In this document: positions 50,102 through 59,290 of the stretch, in pieces
Position numbering within the stretch: position 1 is the stretch's first letter
How the letters are laid out: each line of letters starts with the position of its first letter
Translations under genes and position numbers: made by a program
From: Spirochaetota bacterium
Lineage (GTDB): Bacteria > Spirochaetota > Brevinematia > DTOW01
Assembly (NCBI GenBank): GCA_025061835.1
Contig: JANXAC010000007.1
Location: 17,420-81,419, forward strand
Length of the DNA stretch: 64,000 nt
Reading direction: 5' to 3'
The notes under the pieces: model-generated
What the model was told of the DNA's origin: nothing
What the model saw: only the letters and a program-made list of their open reading frames with translations
Database searches by the model: none

Positions 50102-51643
50102 TTATCTTATGGTAAATCCTCTTATCATTAACATTCCATTCCTATAGAACTTCATCAAGAACCTCTTCTGATCCTGATTTGCCTTAGAGAACTTCTCAAA
50201 ATCTGAAATGTTGTTAATTTTCTGATTGTTTATCTCAATTATTATATCCCCTTTTTGGATAATACCACTGAAAGGACTATCATCTTTGACTTCAACTACA
50301 ACAACTCCATCACCATTAGGATTGTTTGATACAACTATACCTTTGTATTCAGACCTCGTTAAAGGCTTTAACTCTCCTTCATCTCTTCGTTTTGCTAACT
50401 CTTCCGATGTAGGTCTAGATGCTACTCTAATATTGAAATCAATATACCTACCATCCCTAAAAACCTTGATTCTAGCATTATCTCCAGGAGATTTTGAAGC
50501 AATTTTGTCAAGTAGTTCGCTGAAGGTAGATATTTTCTGACCATCAACTTCAACTATTACATCTCCTTGTTTAACACCTTCCTTTTCCGCAGGACTTCCT
50601 GGTTCAACCTTGCTAACCAAAACCCCGACATCCTTGGGAAGCCCCATCTGCTTTCTAGTTTCCTCATCTAGTTCAGAAATGGAAACACCAATATACCCTC
50701 TCTCTACCTTTCCTTTGTCAATCAGTTGTTTGACAACTCTCTTAGCAGTGTTAATAGGTATAGCAAGTCCGATACCTACATTACCTGCTGTTCCACCAAA
50801 CTGGTTTGGAGATATTATCATCGTGTTTATTCCTATCACTTCCCCGAAGATATTAACAAGAGGACCTCCACTATTACCAGGGTTTATAGGAGCATCAGTT
50901 TGGATATACTTTGAAAACACATTACCTTGAATATCTCTGTTTATCGCACTAACGGTTCCAAAAGTGAAAGTTCCCGTAAGTCCGAATGGATTCCCTACCG
51001 CTATTGCGAAATCACCAACCTTTACCTTATCAGAGTCTCCCAGATTAGCAACAGGTAATTCCTCCTTCGGATCAATCTTTAAAAGTGCTATATCAGTCTC
51101 CTCATCATAACCAATAACCCTAGCCTTATACTCCCTACCAGACTTAAGAACGGTAACTACTATATTCTTCGCTACCTTCCCTGCAGGTCTTAGAACATGT
51201 AAGTTGCTAAGTATATATCCATCTTTTGAGATTATAAACCCTGAACCTAGACTAGGTATAACCCTTTTATACTTTCTCTCTTTAGGTCCTTCTGGTATAT
51301 CAAAAAATCTTTTGAAAAACTCATCATCAAAAAAATACTGAAATGGGTCTCTATAAGTATATTCAACAACATCTTCACTCTTTATGTTAACTACAACTGG
51401 AGAAACTTTCTCTGCAACTTCGTTTAGGACTTTCTGGACGGCATAAGCATACTTGTATTCTTCCGATAGTTTTGAGAGATCTACTCCACTAGCAAAAGAT
51501 ATATTATTACCTAGAAAATCCGACTTCGTTGAACAACTTCCACCTAAAACTCCAAATGAAAATATTACACCAAACAAAAAGCCCGTAAGTAGAAGGTTTA
51601 AAACAAACCAATTTCTCATAAACCTATAGAAAAACTTTTTCAT
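50102..51643 (-). CDS. htrA: DegP/HtrA (Do) serine protease with two PDZ domains
   Basis: GSGFII, SNLHV, TDIALL, INPGNSGGP, ERGYIGV; ATG 51643 after GGAGGG. Confidence 0.93.
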   Translation of the reverse strand: MKKFFYRFMRNWFVLNLLLTGFLFGVIFSFGVLGGSCSTKSDFLGNNISFASGVDLSKLSEEYKYAYAVQKVLNEVAEKVSPVVVNIKSEDVVEYTYRDPFQYFFDDEFFKRFFDIPEGPKERKYKRVIPSLGSGFIISKDGYILSNLHVLRPAGKVAKNIVVTVLKSGREYKARVIGYDEETDIALLKIDPKEELPVANLGDSDKVKVGDFAIAVGNPFGLTGTFTFGTVSAINRDIQGNVFSKYIQTDAPINPGNSGGPLVNIFGEVIGINTMIISPNQFGGTAGNVGIGLAIPINTAKRVVKQLIDKGKVERGYIGVSISELDEETRKQMGLPKDVGVLVSKVEPGSPAEKEGVKQGDVIVEVDGQKISTFSELLDKIASKSPGDNARIKVFRDGRYIDFNIRVASRPTSEELAKRRDEGELKPLTRSEYKGIVVSNNPNGDGVVVVEVKDDSPFSGIIQKGDIIIEINNQKINNISDFEKFSKANQDQKRFLMKFYRNGMLMIRGFTIR

Positions 51644-51744
51644 GAGTACCCTCCAGAACACCTAATACCTCTAAATTGTAAATTTGATTAAAAAGCATTT
51701 TCAATCTTCAGAGAGTGTTCAGTAAATTCTAATTTCCACTTGAC

Positions 51745-51789
51745 TAGTAAGCAGATCTAGACCTCGGTAGCTTACTACTTTTATTTCTT
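51745..51789 (+). terminator. Possible stem-loop/terminator-like structure
   Basis: TAGTAAGC (51745-52) / GCTTACTA (51770-77) followed by CTTTTATTT; long 17-nt loop makes it atypical. Confidence 0.3.
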
Positions 51790-52017
51790 CACAGTATTTA
51801 ATAGTCTCAAAATTTCACTTATAACAATTTCTTGCGTCTTATCAAGATAGCACTTTTCAATTCTAAAGAAGACTTCAACGGAAAACAGTTCTAAAACTTC
51901 ACTCCACACTACTTATTAGAGTCTTGTCAGGAGAAAACTTGCCTACCCCTCACAAAGACTGAAGTGAAAAACAAAATACACAAAACTGTGAATTTTGAAC
52001 TTACTAGAAGACTCTTT

Positions 52018-53265
52018 ATGAAATTGAAATCATATAGTTATACTCATTATTATTCAAGTATGGTTAGACTTTTGTTTATTATAAATGCACTCGTAGCTCT
52101 ACTATCCATATCAATACTTTCCCATTCGTATGAATTCTACTGGAAGCTGAATACAAACGAAATCTTAAGAGTAAAGAGTTTCGTTAGACAAAACATATAT
52201 ACCAACAATTCATTCGCTAAGTATGTTGAGATAATTAATAAATCATCAGTTGATGTCAAAGGCAAATCCACTGCTAACGACAAAACATATTACAATGTGG
52301 ATGGAATATACTATGTATTCTCAAAGGATTATCTCAAGGATAAGGAATTCAAACTTGAGGAAATTCACAATAGTAGATACTTACTTGAAGATACCGGCAG
52401 GATGATAATATCAAAAGAATACTTGATGCCTGTTTCTAGAGATATACCTGTTTTCATAAGTAGAAAACTCAAGATTGGAGATGAATGGTTTCACAAAGGT
52501 AGAGAAGTTCATAAGATTGGTTTTTCGCAACTATACGATATAGTTGAAATAGAATTCAATACTTACTACAAATTCCTTTACACAACGAATGTTGATAACA
52601 AAGAACTTGCTGTCTTTGAGATAAAGTATGGTTTTGCCAATACCTTCCCAAGAGCAAGGGTTATAAGATACCTATCTGGATCTTCACAGATGAAATACTA
52701 CTGGGATATAAACGCAGGTAAGCCTTCCTTCGTAACTGAAGAATATTTTTTCAATGCAATATACGATAACGGTATGTCAGTTATATACTCTGGTTCTTCA
52801 GAAGGCTACCTTGAAGTTGTGAACAAATGGAAAGAGGATAATAGAAGGGAGATAATATCAAAGATCCAAGAAACACTCAAAGATCAAAAAGGTGTATCAA
52901 TTTCAACAAATGAAAACGAGATAAATATTTCCATACCAGATATAGTATTTGATTTCAATAGTTATAAAGTAAAAGAAGAGTTTAAACTCGTTCTATCTAA
53001 TTTATCTCAGAAGATAAGTAATCATAAAGAGATTGATATGATTGTTGAGGGGCACACTGATGACATCGGTAGTGACGAATACAACCAAAAACTCTCTGAA
53101 GCGAGAGCTAGAGAAGTTGCTAAAATACTCACTGAATTTGGTATAAGTCCTGATAGAGTTTCATACATAGGATATGGTAAGAGAAAACCAAAGTTTCCCA
53201 ACACTTCCTCAGAAAATCGCGCAAAAAATAGAAGAGTTGAAATAAAATTACTATGGGGGCGGTAG
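52018..53265 (+). CDS. OmpA-family protein (C-terminal peptidoglycan-binding domain)
   Basis: VFDFNSY, EGHTDDIG, NQKLSEARA, YGKRKP, NRRVEI; signal peptide from ATG 52060. Confidence 0.88.
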   Translation: MKLKSYSYTHYYSSMVRLLFIINALVALLSISILSHSYEFYWKLNTNEILRVKSFVRQNIYTNNSFAKYVEIINKSSVDVKGKSTANDKTYYNVDGIYYVFSKDYLKDKEFKLEEIHNSRYLLEDTGRMIISKEYLMPVSRDIPVFISRKLKIGDEWFHKGREVHKIGFSQLYDIVEIEFNTYYKFLYTTNVDNKELAVFEIKYGFANTFPRARVIRYLSGSSQMKYYWDINAGKPSFVTEEYFFNAIYDNGMSVIYSGSSEGYLEVVNKWKEDNRREIISKIQETLKDQKGVSISTNENEINISIPDIVFDFNSYKVKEEFKLVLSNLSQKISNHKEIDMIVEGHTDDIGSDEYNQKLSEARAREVAKILTEFGISPDRVSYIGYGKRKPKFPNTSSENRAKNRRVEIKLLWGR

Positions 53266-53266
53266 G

Positions 53267-53512
53267 ATGAACGATGAAACTAAAAAGAACATTATATTTA
53301 GATTGAACAGAGTTAAGGGGCAGATAGATGGTATAATAAGAATGATAGAAGATAACGATGACTGTCAGCTGATATTTCAACAGATCAAGGCTGCTTACAG
53401 TGCTTTAAGAAGTGCAGGTAAGATGATAATAATTGACGATGTTGGGAAATGTATTGGGACAGGGGATGAGAAAAGATTGAAGAAGCTTCTTGAGAAAATG
53501 TTGGAAGAATAA
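53267..53512 (+). CDS. CsoR/RcnR/CstR family repressor
   Basis: RLNRVKGQIDGI, C33, C62; Asp58 where Cu-sensing CsoR has His. Confidence 0.88.
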   Translation: MNDETKKNIIFRLNRVKGQIDGIIRMIEDNDDCQLIFQQIKAAYSALRSAGKMIIIDDVGKCIGTGDEKRLKKLLEKMLEE

Positions 53513-53514
53513 GT

Positions 53515-54141
53515 ATGGTAATTGCTTTTGAAGGAATAGATGGCACTGGAAAAACAACAATCTCAAAACTACTATTTTCTGAACTAAAAAGCGTATTCAA
53601 TGGCGAGGTTTTTTGGTTTTCTGAACCTAGTCCTACGGACCTTGGCAAATCTCTCAAGAATATTTTAACCTCAAAGAAACTTGAACTCAACATATTTGAA
53701 CAGTCTCTACTCTTCACATCTGACAGATCCTACCTGTTAAGAAACTACATTCTACCTTACAACGAAGTGAAGAAAATAATACTAATGGATAGATCCTTCG
53801 TATCAACCTACGCATACCAGATTATGAATATTGAGGATAATACCCTTAAGAACATTATAACATCAATTACTGAATATTCAATAAAGAACTTTTATATTGA
53901 TATTCTATTCTACCTTGATTGTGATCCAGAAGTATCTCTTAGTAGGATAGAAGTTAAGGATGGAATTGAAAGTAAAGGTCTTGAATACATAAGAAAGGTG
54001 AAGAATAATTACGACGCTTTCATAAGACAAAAACATCCTCACATAAGAAACATTAAGATAGTTGATGCTAAAGGCAAGTTAGAAGATATTTTCTCGCATG
54101 TAAAATCGGAGGTTATCAAGATAACAGGGTATATTGCTTAA
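53515..54141 (+). CDS. tmk: Thymidylate kinase
   Basis: FEGIDGTGKT, EP, DRS...AYQ. Confidence 0.9.
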   Translation: MVIAFEGIDGTGKTTISKLLFSELKSVFNGEVFWFSEPSPTDLGKSLKNILTSKKLELNIFEQSLLFTSDRSYLLRNYILPYNEVKKIILMDRSFVSTYAYQIMNIEDNTLKNIITSITEYSIKNFYIDILFYLDCDPEVSLSRIEVKDGIESKGLEYIRKVKNNYDAFIRQKHPHIRNIKIVDAKGKLEDIFSHVKSEVIKITGYIA

Positions 54142-54606
54142 TTATCCTATCAACCTATTATGCTCAATCTTAATACACTTATCTTGAACGAAGAAGATGT
54201 TATTTTCTTCTGCTATCTTTTTTGCTTCGTCGTTAACTATACCAAGTTGTAGCCATATACACTTGGGTTTGAGTTTAACAGCTTCCTGAACTATTGGAAC
54301 AACCTCTGCAGGGTTTCTGAAAACATCAACTATATCAACCTCAAACGGTATTTCAGACAAGTTTTTGTATGACTTCTCACCTAGTATCTCATCGTGCCCT
54401 GGATTTACTGGAACTATCCTGTAGCCTTTCTCTTTAAGATACCTTGCTACCGCATTACTAGGCCTATCCTCTTTTGGTGATAATCCTACTACTGCTATAA
54501 CCTTAGAACTCTTAAGTAGTTTTACTATCTCCTCGTCCATCTTTGGATTATTTATACTGACTGAGAATGTATGAGATTCTTTGTTTATTTCGCATGCATC
54601 AGCCAT
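54142..54606 (-). CDS. CoA-binding protein (YccU-like)
   Basis: IAVVGLS...RPS, PVNP, VDIVDVFR, WLQLG, DKCIKIEH. Confidence 0.9.
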   Translation of the reverse strand: MADACEINKESHTFSVSINNPKMDEEIVKLLKSSKVIAVVGLSPKEDRPSNAVARYLKEKGYRIVPVNPGHDEILGEKSYKNLSEIPFEVDIVDVFRNPAEVVPIVQEAVKLKPKCIWLQLGIVNDEAKKIAEENNIFFVQDKCIKIEHNRLIG

Positions 54607-54618
54607 AGACAAACCTCC

Positions 54619-54822
54619 TTATAATTTCTTTATTTCTTCAACTTTGTATCCATAGAGACTTATTGAATTTTTCAACTTTTCAATCTGTTCCGTTTCAACC
54701 ACAACTTTGCCAATCTTTATATCCTTTATGATAGCATTCTTATCAGCCGTCATAATAGCCATCTTAACAGCATTTACACAACCTTGACAAGTCATACCAC
54801 CAACCTTGATCTCATAAGTCAT
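54619..54822 (-). CDS. copZ: HMA-domain metal chaperone (CopZ-like)
   Basis: VGGMTCQGCV motif, C-terminal GY. Confidence 0.85.
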   Translation of the reverse strand: MTYEIKVGGMTCQGCVNAVKMAIMTADKNAIIKDIKIGKVVVETEQIEKLKNSISLYGYKVEEIKKL

Positions 54823-54958
54823 AATATATTAAAAGATAATAACGCCAAAACTTTAATTCAAGTGATTGGTTCAAAAACTATATTGAATTCATGTAGATTA
54901 CATAATACACATACAAGTTAGGAGCCATTAAGAAGTGAAAAAATTCTATTACAATATT

Positions 54959-55990
54959 TTAAGCACCTAGAAACTGTTTAAGGAACCTAATATCATTCTC
55001 GTAGAAGAGTCTTATATCTGTGATGTTATACTTAACCATTGCAATCCTTTCTATCCCCATACCAAAAGCGAACCCCTTAACTCTGGTAGGGTCATAACCA
55101 GCATTTTCAAAGACCTTTGGATGAACCATTCCACAACCGGCAATCTCAAGCCATCCTGTATGCGAACAAACACTACATCCACTTCCACTACATCCAGGAC
55201 AAGTTACCGCAAGTTCTGCACTCGGCTCTGTGAAAGGGAAAAAGTCTGCTCTAAACCTTGTCCTAGTCTTCGGTCCAAACATTTTCTTAGCAAATAGATC
55301 CATAACCCCCTTGAGATCAGAGAATTTAACATCATTATTCACATACAAACCCTCTATCTGATGGAATGTATGCGAGTGTCTTGCATCAACAGTATCTCTC
55401 CTAAAACAACGTCCCGGTGCTACAATAGCAACAGGAAACTCATACTTCTCCATAACCCTTATCTGAACTGGTGATGTTTGAGTCCTTAGAAGATACCTAT
55501 TTACAACATCTTTAGAGTTAAGATAAAACGAATCGTGATCATCACGAGCAGGATGGTTAGGAGGTATGTTGAGTTTATCAAAATTATACGATTCTAACTC
55601 TATCTCAGGCCCCTCAACAATACTGAAACCAATTTCACTAAAGATCCTACACAATTCATCCTTTACTATATTAACAGGATGAAGCGAAGGCAACACATCA
55701 TAACTCCTAGTCAAGGTAATATCCACCCATTCTGACTTAAGTTTCTCATCAACTGACTTCTTTCTTATAAGTTCAATCTTCTCATTTATCCTAGACTCTA
55801 TGGTATCCTTAAGTTCATTTATCTTCTGTCCAAAATCCTTTCTTTGTGATGGGTCTATCTCTTTGATTTTCCTAAAAAGTTCTTTTATGGTTCCACCAAC
55901 ATACTTTGACTTGAGCAACAAGAGGTCACTTTCCTTTTCAGTGGAGTTTATCTCTTCGTTAAACTTCTCTAAAATGCTTTGTATATCCAT
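54959..55990 (-). CDS. pheS: Phenylalanyl-tRNA synthetase alpha subunit
   Basis: HPARDDHD, LRTQTSPVQ, FHQIEG, FPFTEPS, FGMGIER. Confidence 0.97.
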   Translation of the reverse strand: MDIQSILEKFNEEINSTEKESDLLLLKSKYVGGTIKELFRKIKEIDPSQRKDFGQKINELKDTIESRINEKIELIRKKSVDEKLKSEWVDITLTRSYDVLPSLHPVNIVKDELCRIFSEIGFSIVEGPEIELESYNFDKLNIPPNHPARDDHDSFYLNSKDVVNRYLLRTQTSPVQIRVMEKYEFPVAIVAPGRCFRRDTVDARHSHTFHQIEGLYVNNDVKFSDLKGVMDLFAKKMFGPKTRTRFRADFFPFTEPSAELAVTCPGCSGSGCSVCSHTGWLEIAGCGMVHPKVFENAGYDPTRVKGFAFGMGIERIAMVKYNITDIRLFYENDIRFLKQFLGA

Positions 55991-56221
55991 AAAACCCCCA
56001 GATACTCTTTAGTGATGTATCACTTACTGTCCCAAACATAATATCATAGGATTAACATAGAATTCAAATTCTTTTCCGAATTTTTCAAGACTATTAACCA
56101 TACCTATTTAGGACATAAATTTGTGAATAAGAAACAGTGGAAATTACAACTTTCAAGAAATACCTGTATATCCCAAGTTAGTATCTTCAAAAGAACTATT
56201 ATTTCAATTAAAATTTCATCT

Positions 56222-57685
56222 CTACTTCTTGCCAGTGTAGATCGAAAACTTTATTTGATTTCTGACATTGTTAAAAGCTTTATTCCATATAGCAACTCTT
56301 TTCTGTATTGATTTCGTATCTGAATGAACTTTATCAAGGATTACGGAATATGCTTCCTTTTGAGAGTCAAACTTTGACAGAACCTCAACTTCGTCTGGTG
56401 TTATTGAATCAAGCGCATTTTGTTTAGCCTGATTGATTAGTATTCTTTCATACTCGTAAAATATTTTTTCAAGCTCTTTGTATATAGACTTACAGTAGTC
56501 CTTAACTATTTGATCAAACTCATTCACCTGATCAAGAATTTTTACAAGAAGGCTCAGTTTTTCCACTGCTGTTCTATAGTCTCTTGAATTCGTTAGCGAA
56601 TATTTTATTTGCATAAAATTCTTTGACAGATACTCATTATCTACTTGAATTGTCTTAATCTCATTATCGTGGGACACTTCAACTGTCTTTGAGAATTTAG
56701 GTATATTATCTGATGTTATGATGCCTATATCTGCTAATATGGACATTATGTTTGATTGCCATTCATTTCTCGAAATTGCTTCGGTTAGTCTTCTAATGTG
56801 TTGTGATAGCAAGTCCTTATACTTCTCATCATCGCGGTAATATACTTCATATACTTTCAATTTACCCCCCTTGAACTCAATATCCCCGTTGAAGATAAAT
56901 TTTAGATTTTTAACAAAATCAGTTTTAGGTTTATCTGAAGATATGAACTTATGGTAAGCGCTCTGGTCAATTATAACCTTTGTTTTTGATGGAGAGATGG
57001 CATTTGCCCTCGTCTGTAATCTTGCAGCTAGGTTTATAAGTAGTCCTTGAATATCACCAGTCTCGCTTATTATAAGTGGCATCGTTGAATATCCACCTAC
57101 TATACCACCAGAAATCTCAAACGGTGGTAGGAATGGTTCTTCCCCTTTCTCAACATCTGCGATCGGTATCTGCTTTGAGAAAAGGTTTATAACATCAAAA
57201 GTAGCATTCACTATATCAACAGGATCACCACCTACTAGTATAACCTCATCACCTCGCTCTCTTCTAGAGATTACACCATACTTTTTGGTAGTATTTCTTA
57301 TTATCGTCTCCACGAACCTGTCAAGTCTATGTAGAGAATTTATGTTTCTACGAGTCTTCTGACAGAATGTGGTATAACCGTGAATATCAAGAAGTGATAT
57401 ATACAAGTTTGCAACAATAACACTCTTTTTCAAGTCTCCATAACTAGATGGATATTTTTCATCTGGTATTACTAATGCTTTCCATAGCAACTTATACTCT
57501 TCAAAGTTCAGATCACTAAAAATTCCCCAGTATAGCCTTCTTATAAGTTTGAAGAGAACATCAAACTCCTTTTTGTCAATTTTTATACCGTTGCTTGACA
57601 AAACAAGTTTTAGTTTTGAAAAAGAGTTGATCTTGCCAGATAGAATTAGATCAACTAGTTCTGAAAACTTTGATTGAGAGTTCAT
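56222..57685 (-). CDS. Divergent class III nucleotide cyclase-like protein
   Basis: LLDIHGYT, RERGDEV, ISGGIVGG, DIQGLLINLAARLQ, FKGG; no TM segment. Confidence 0.7.
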   Translation of the reverse strand: MNSQSKFSELVDLILSGKINSFSKLKLVLSSNGIKIDKKEFDVLFKLIRRLYWGIFSDLNFEEYKLLWKALVIPDEKYPSSYGDLKKSVIVANLYISLLDIHGYTTFCQKTRRNINSLHRLDRFVETIIRNTTKKYGVISRRERGDEVILVGGDPVDIVNATFDVINLFSKQIPIADVEKGEEPFLPPFEISGGIVGGYSTMPLIISETGDIQGLLINLAARLQTRANAISPSKTKVIIDQSAYHKFISSDKPKTDFVKNLKFIFNGDIEFKGGKLKVYEVYYRDDEKYKDLLSQHIRRLTEAISRNEWQSNIMSILADIGIITSDNIPKFSKTVEVSHDNEIKTIQVDNEYLSKNFMQIKYSLTNSRDYRTAVEKLSLLVKILDQVNEFDQIVKDYCKSIYKELEKIFYEYERILINQAKQNALDSITPDEVEVLSKFDSQKEAYSVILDKVHSDTKSIQKRVAIWNKAFNNVRNQIKFSIYTGKK

Positions 57686-57696
57686 CAACAATCGGT

Positions 57697-57713
57697 GGGG
57701 GTATAAAACCCCC
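57697..57713. other. GC stem-loop between SBP and cyclase-like genes
   Basis: GGGGGT-ATAAA-ACCCCC; no U-tract after it on the coding (minus) strand. Confidence 0.6.
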
Positions 57714-57721
57714 TTTATAGT

Positions 57722-59014
57722 TTATTCTCCTAATGTATCTTCAACATCAAGTTGGAGTTCTTTTAGTGCTTCTACCGCTTTCATCTCATTGTTTAGAACT
57801 TTCTGGATGTATTCATCAAGAATATCTCTAATCTCTATCCATTTTACAGGTCTTTTGAAATCTGTAACATACTGTAGTGCATCAAGATAAACTTTGCTAT
57901 CAACCTGTGGTTGATTTTTAACTATCGCTGATGCTTTTAGGAATGCATCAGAGTACGCGACTGATTTTCTTATAGGTATAGCAAGACCACTGTTGGCAAC
58001 ATCCTTCTGTATTTCAGGACTTGATAGGAACTTTATGAGTTTCCACGAGAGTTCTGGGTTTTTGGTAGTTGCGTATGCGCAGTAGGCGACTGTGAAAAGC
58101 GTTGATGCTCTTTTAACTTTTCCTTTTGGCATTTGAGCAACATTCCACTTGAATTTGGTTATTTCTCTAAACCTTAAGGTAGCCCATCTTCCATAAGCAG
58201 CCATTCCTGCTCTACCATCAACGAACATAGCATCTCCGCTCCCGAAATCTCTGGCTGCGGTCATTTTAGGTGCTGCCTTGTGAACCCAAATAAGGTCAGC
58301 AAGGAATTGGACTGCCTCCGCATTTGGTTTAAGATAAGGCTCTTTACCTAGAACAAAATTACCATCGTTATCAAAAAATGTTCCACCATTCGCATACACC
58401 CAGTTTCTCCACCAGTTCGCCCAAGTCTCTAGCACAAATCCATACTGGTCAATGTTACCATCACCATTCAGGTCTTTAGTAAGTTTCTTAGATGCACTTA
58501 CGAAGTCATCCCATGTCCAGTTATCGTTCGGATACTTTACACCAAACTTATCAAACATATCCATGTTGTAGTATAGAACGAGTGTTGTAAAGTCTTTTGC
58601 TATTCCGTATAACCTACCCTTATACCTAAACTCGTTAAAAGGTGCTTCAAAGAAATCACTAGGATTAACTTCATCTTTGTCTCGGTTTAGAAAGTCATCA
58701 AGTTGAAGTAGATGTCCCCTAGATACCAATCCTGCAAAGTCTTCTATATCAAGATAAAAAACATCCGGTGGTGTTCCACCTGCTATCATTGTCTTCAGTT
58801 TTTGACCAAAGTTCAGAGAGTCGACATGTATGCCTTCAATCTCAACACCTGGATTTTGTTGGATAAAAGAGTTTATGTAACTCAATACTACCTCTTTCTC
58901 CTCAGTAGTTCCCCAATACATAAACACTAGTTTGTTTGAGGGCGCCCCACAGGACCACAACATCACAGTTGAAAACACTACTATCCCTAATATCAGATAC
59001 CTGAATGCCTGCAT
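57722..59014 (-). CDS. ABC transporter sugar-binding lipoprotein (SBP family 1)
   Basis: Lipobox MLWS-C, YWG...E, PPDVF, LYYNMDMFDKFGVKYP, WTWDDF, AWKLIKFL-type segment. Confidence 0.9.
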   Translation of the reverse strand: MQAFRYLILGIVVFSTVMLWSCGAPSNKLVFMYWGTTEEKEVVLSYINSFIQQNPGVEIEGIHVDSLNFGQKLKTMIAGGTPPDVFYLDIEDFAGLVSRGHLLQLDDFLNRDKDEVNPSDFFEAPFNEFRYKGRLYGIAKDFTTLVLYYNMDMFDKFGVKYPNDNWTWDDFVSASKKLTKDLNGDGNIDQYGFVLETWANWWRNWVYANGGTFFDNDGNFVLGKEPYLKPNAEAVQFLADLIWVHKAAPKMTAARDFGSGDAMFVDGRAGMAAYGRWATLRFREITKFKWNVAQMPKGKVKRASTLFTVAYCAYATTKNPELSWKLIKFLSSPEIQKDVANSGLAIPIRKSVAYSDAFLKASAIVKNQPQVDSKVYLDALQYVTDFKRPVKWIEIRDILDEYIQKVLNNEMKAVEALKELQLDVEDTLGE

Positions 59015-59290
59015 AGTAACCTCCTTTAATATGCCTCTAATTATAAATACTCATCAGATATTTGTAAAGAAAATTCGCTGAAATGCAGTAATTTCTAATT
59101 TTCTCATTTAGGAGATAGATAACATCCAAGACTTTGATTATTAACTAATTTTGACCCTATGCGGCGATTGTTAGCTCAAAGATTTCACTTCATATTGGTC
59201 TCTTTGGTGACCATTAAGAAGGGTAGCTATTAGTTATAAAAGATTTAAGTTTTGACAATGACTAATATTATCGTAAAGAATTAGAATAAT

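Noticed and set aside
55991-56221. T-box leader upstream of pheS (also checked tyrS)
   Set aside because: No GGTGGNACCGCG T-box motif; the tyrS upstream gap is only about 50 nt
56222-57685. Pycsar anti-phage system
   Set aside because: No adjacent TM or TIR effector gene; neighbours are pheS and an SBP, and the context is housekeeping
57686-57724. Stop-codon readthrough fusing the SBP to the cyclase (same frame, 10 sense codons between)
   Set aside because: The stop is TAA, and a periplasmic lipoprotein fused to a cytoplasmic cyclase without a TM helix is topologically implausible
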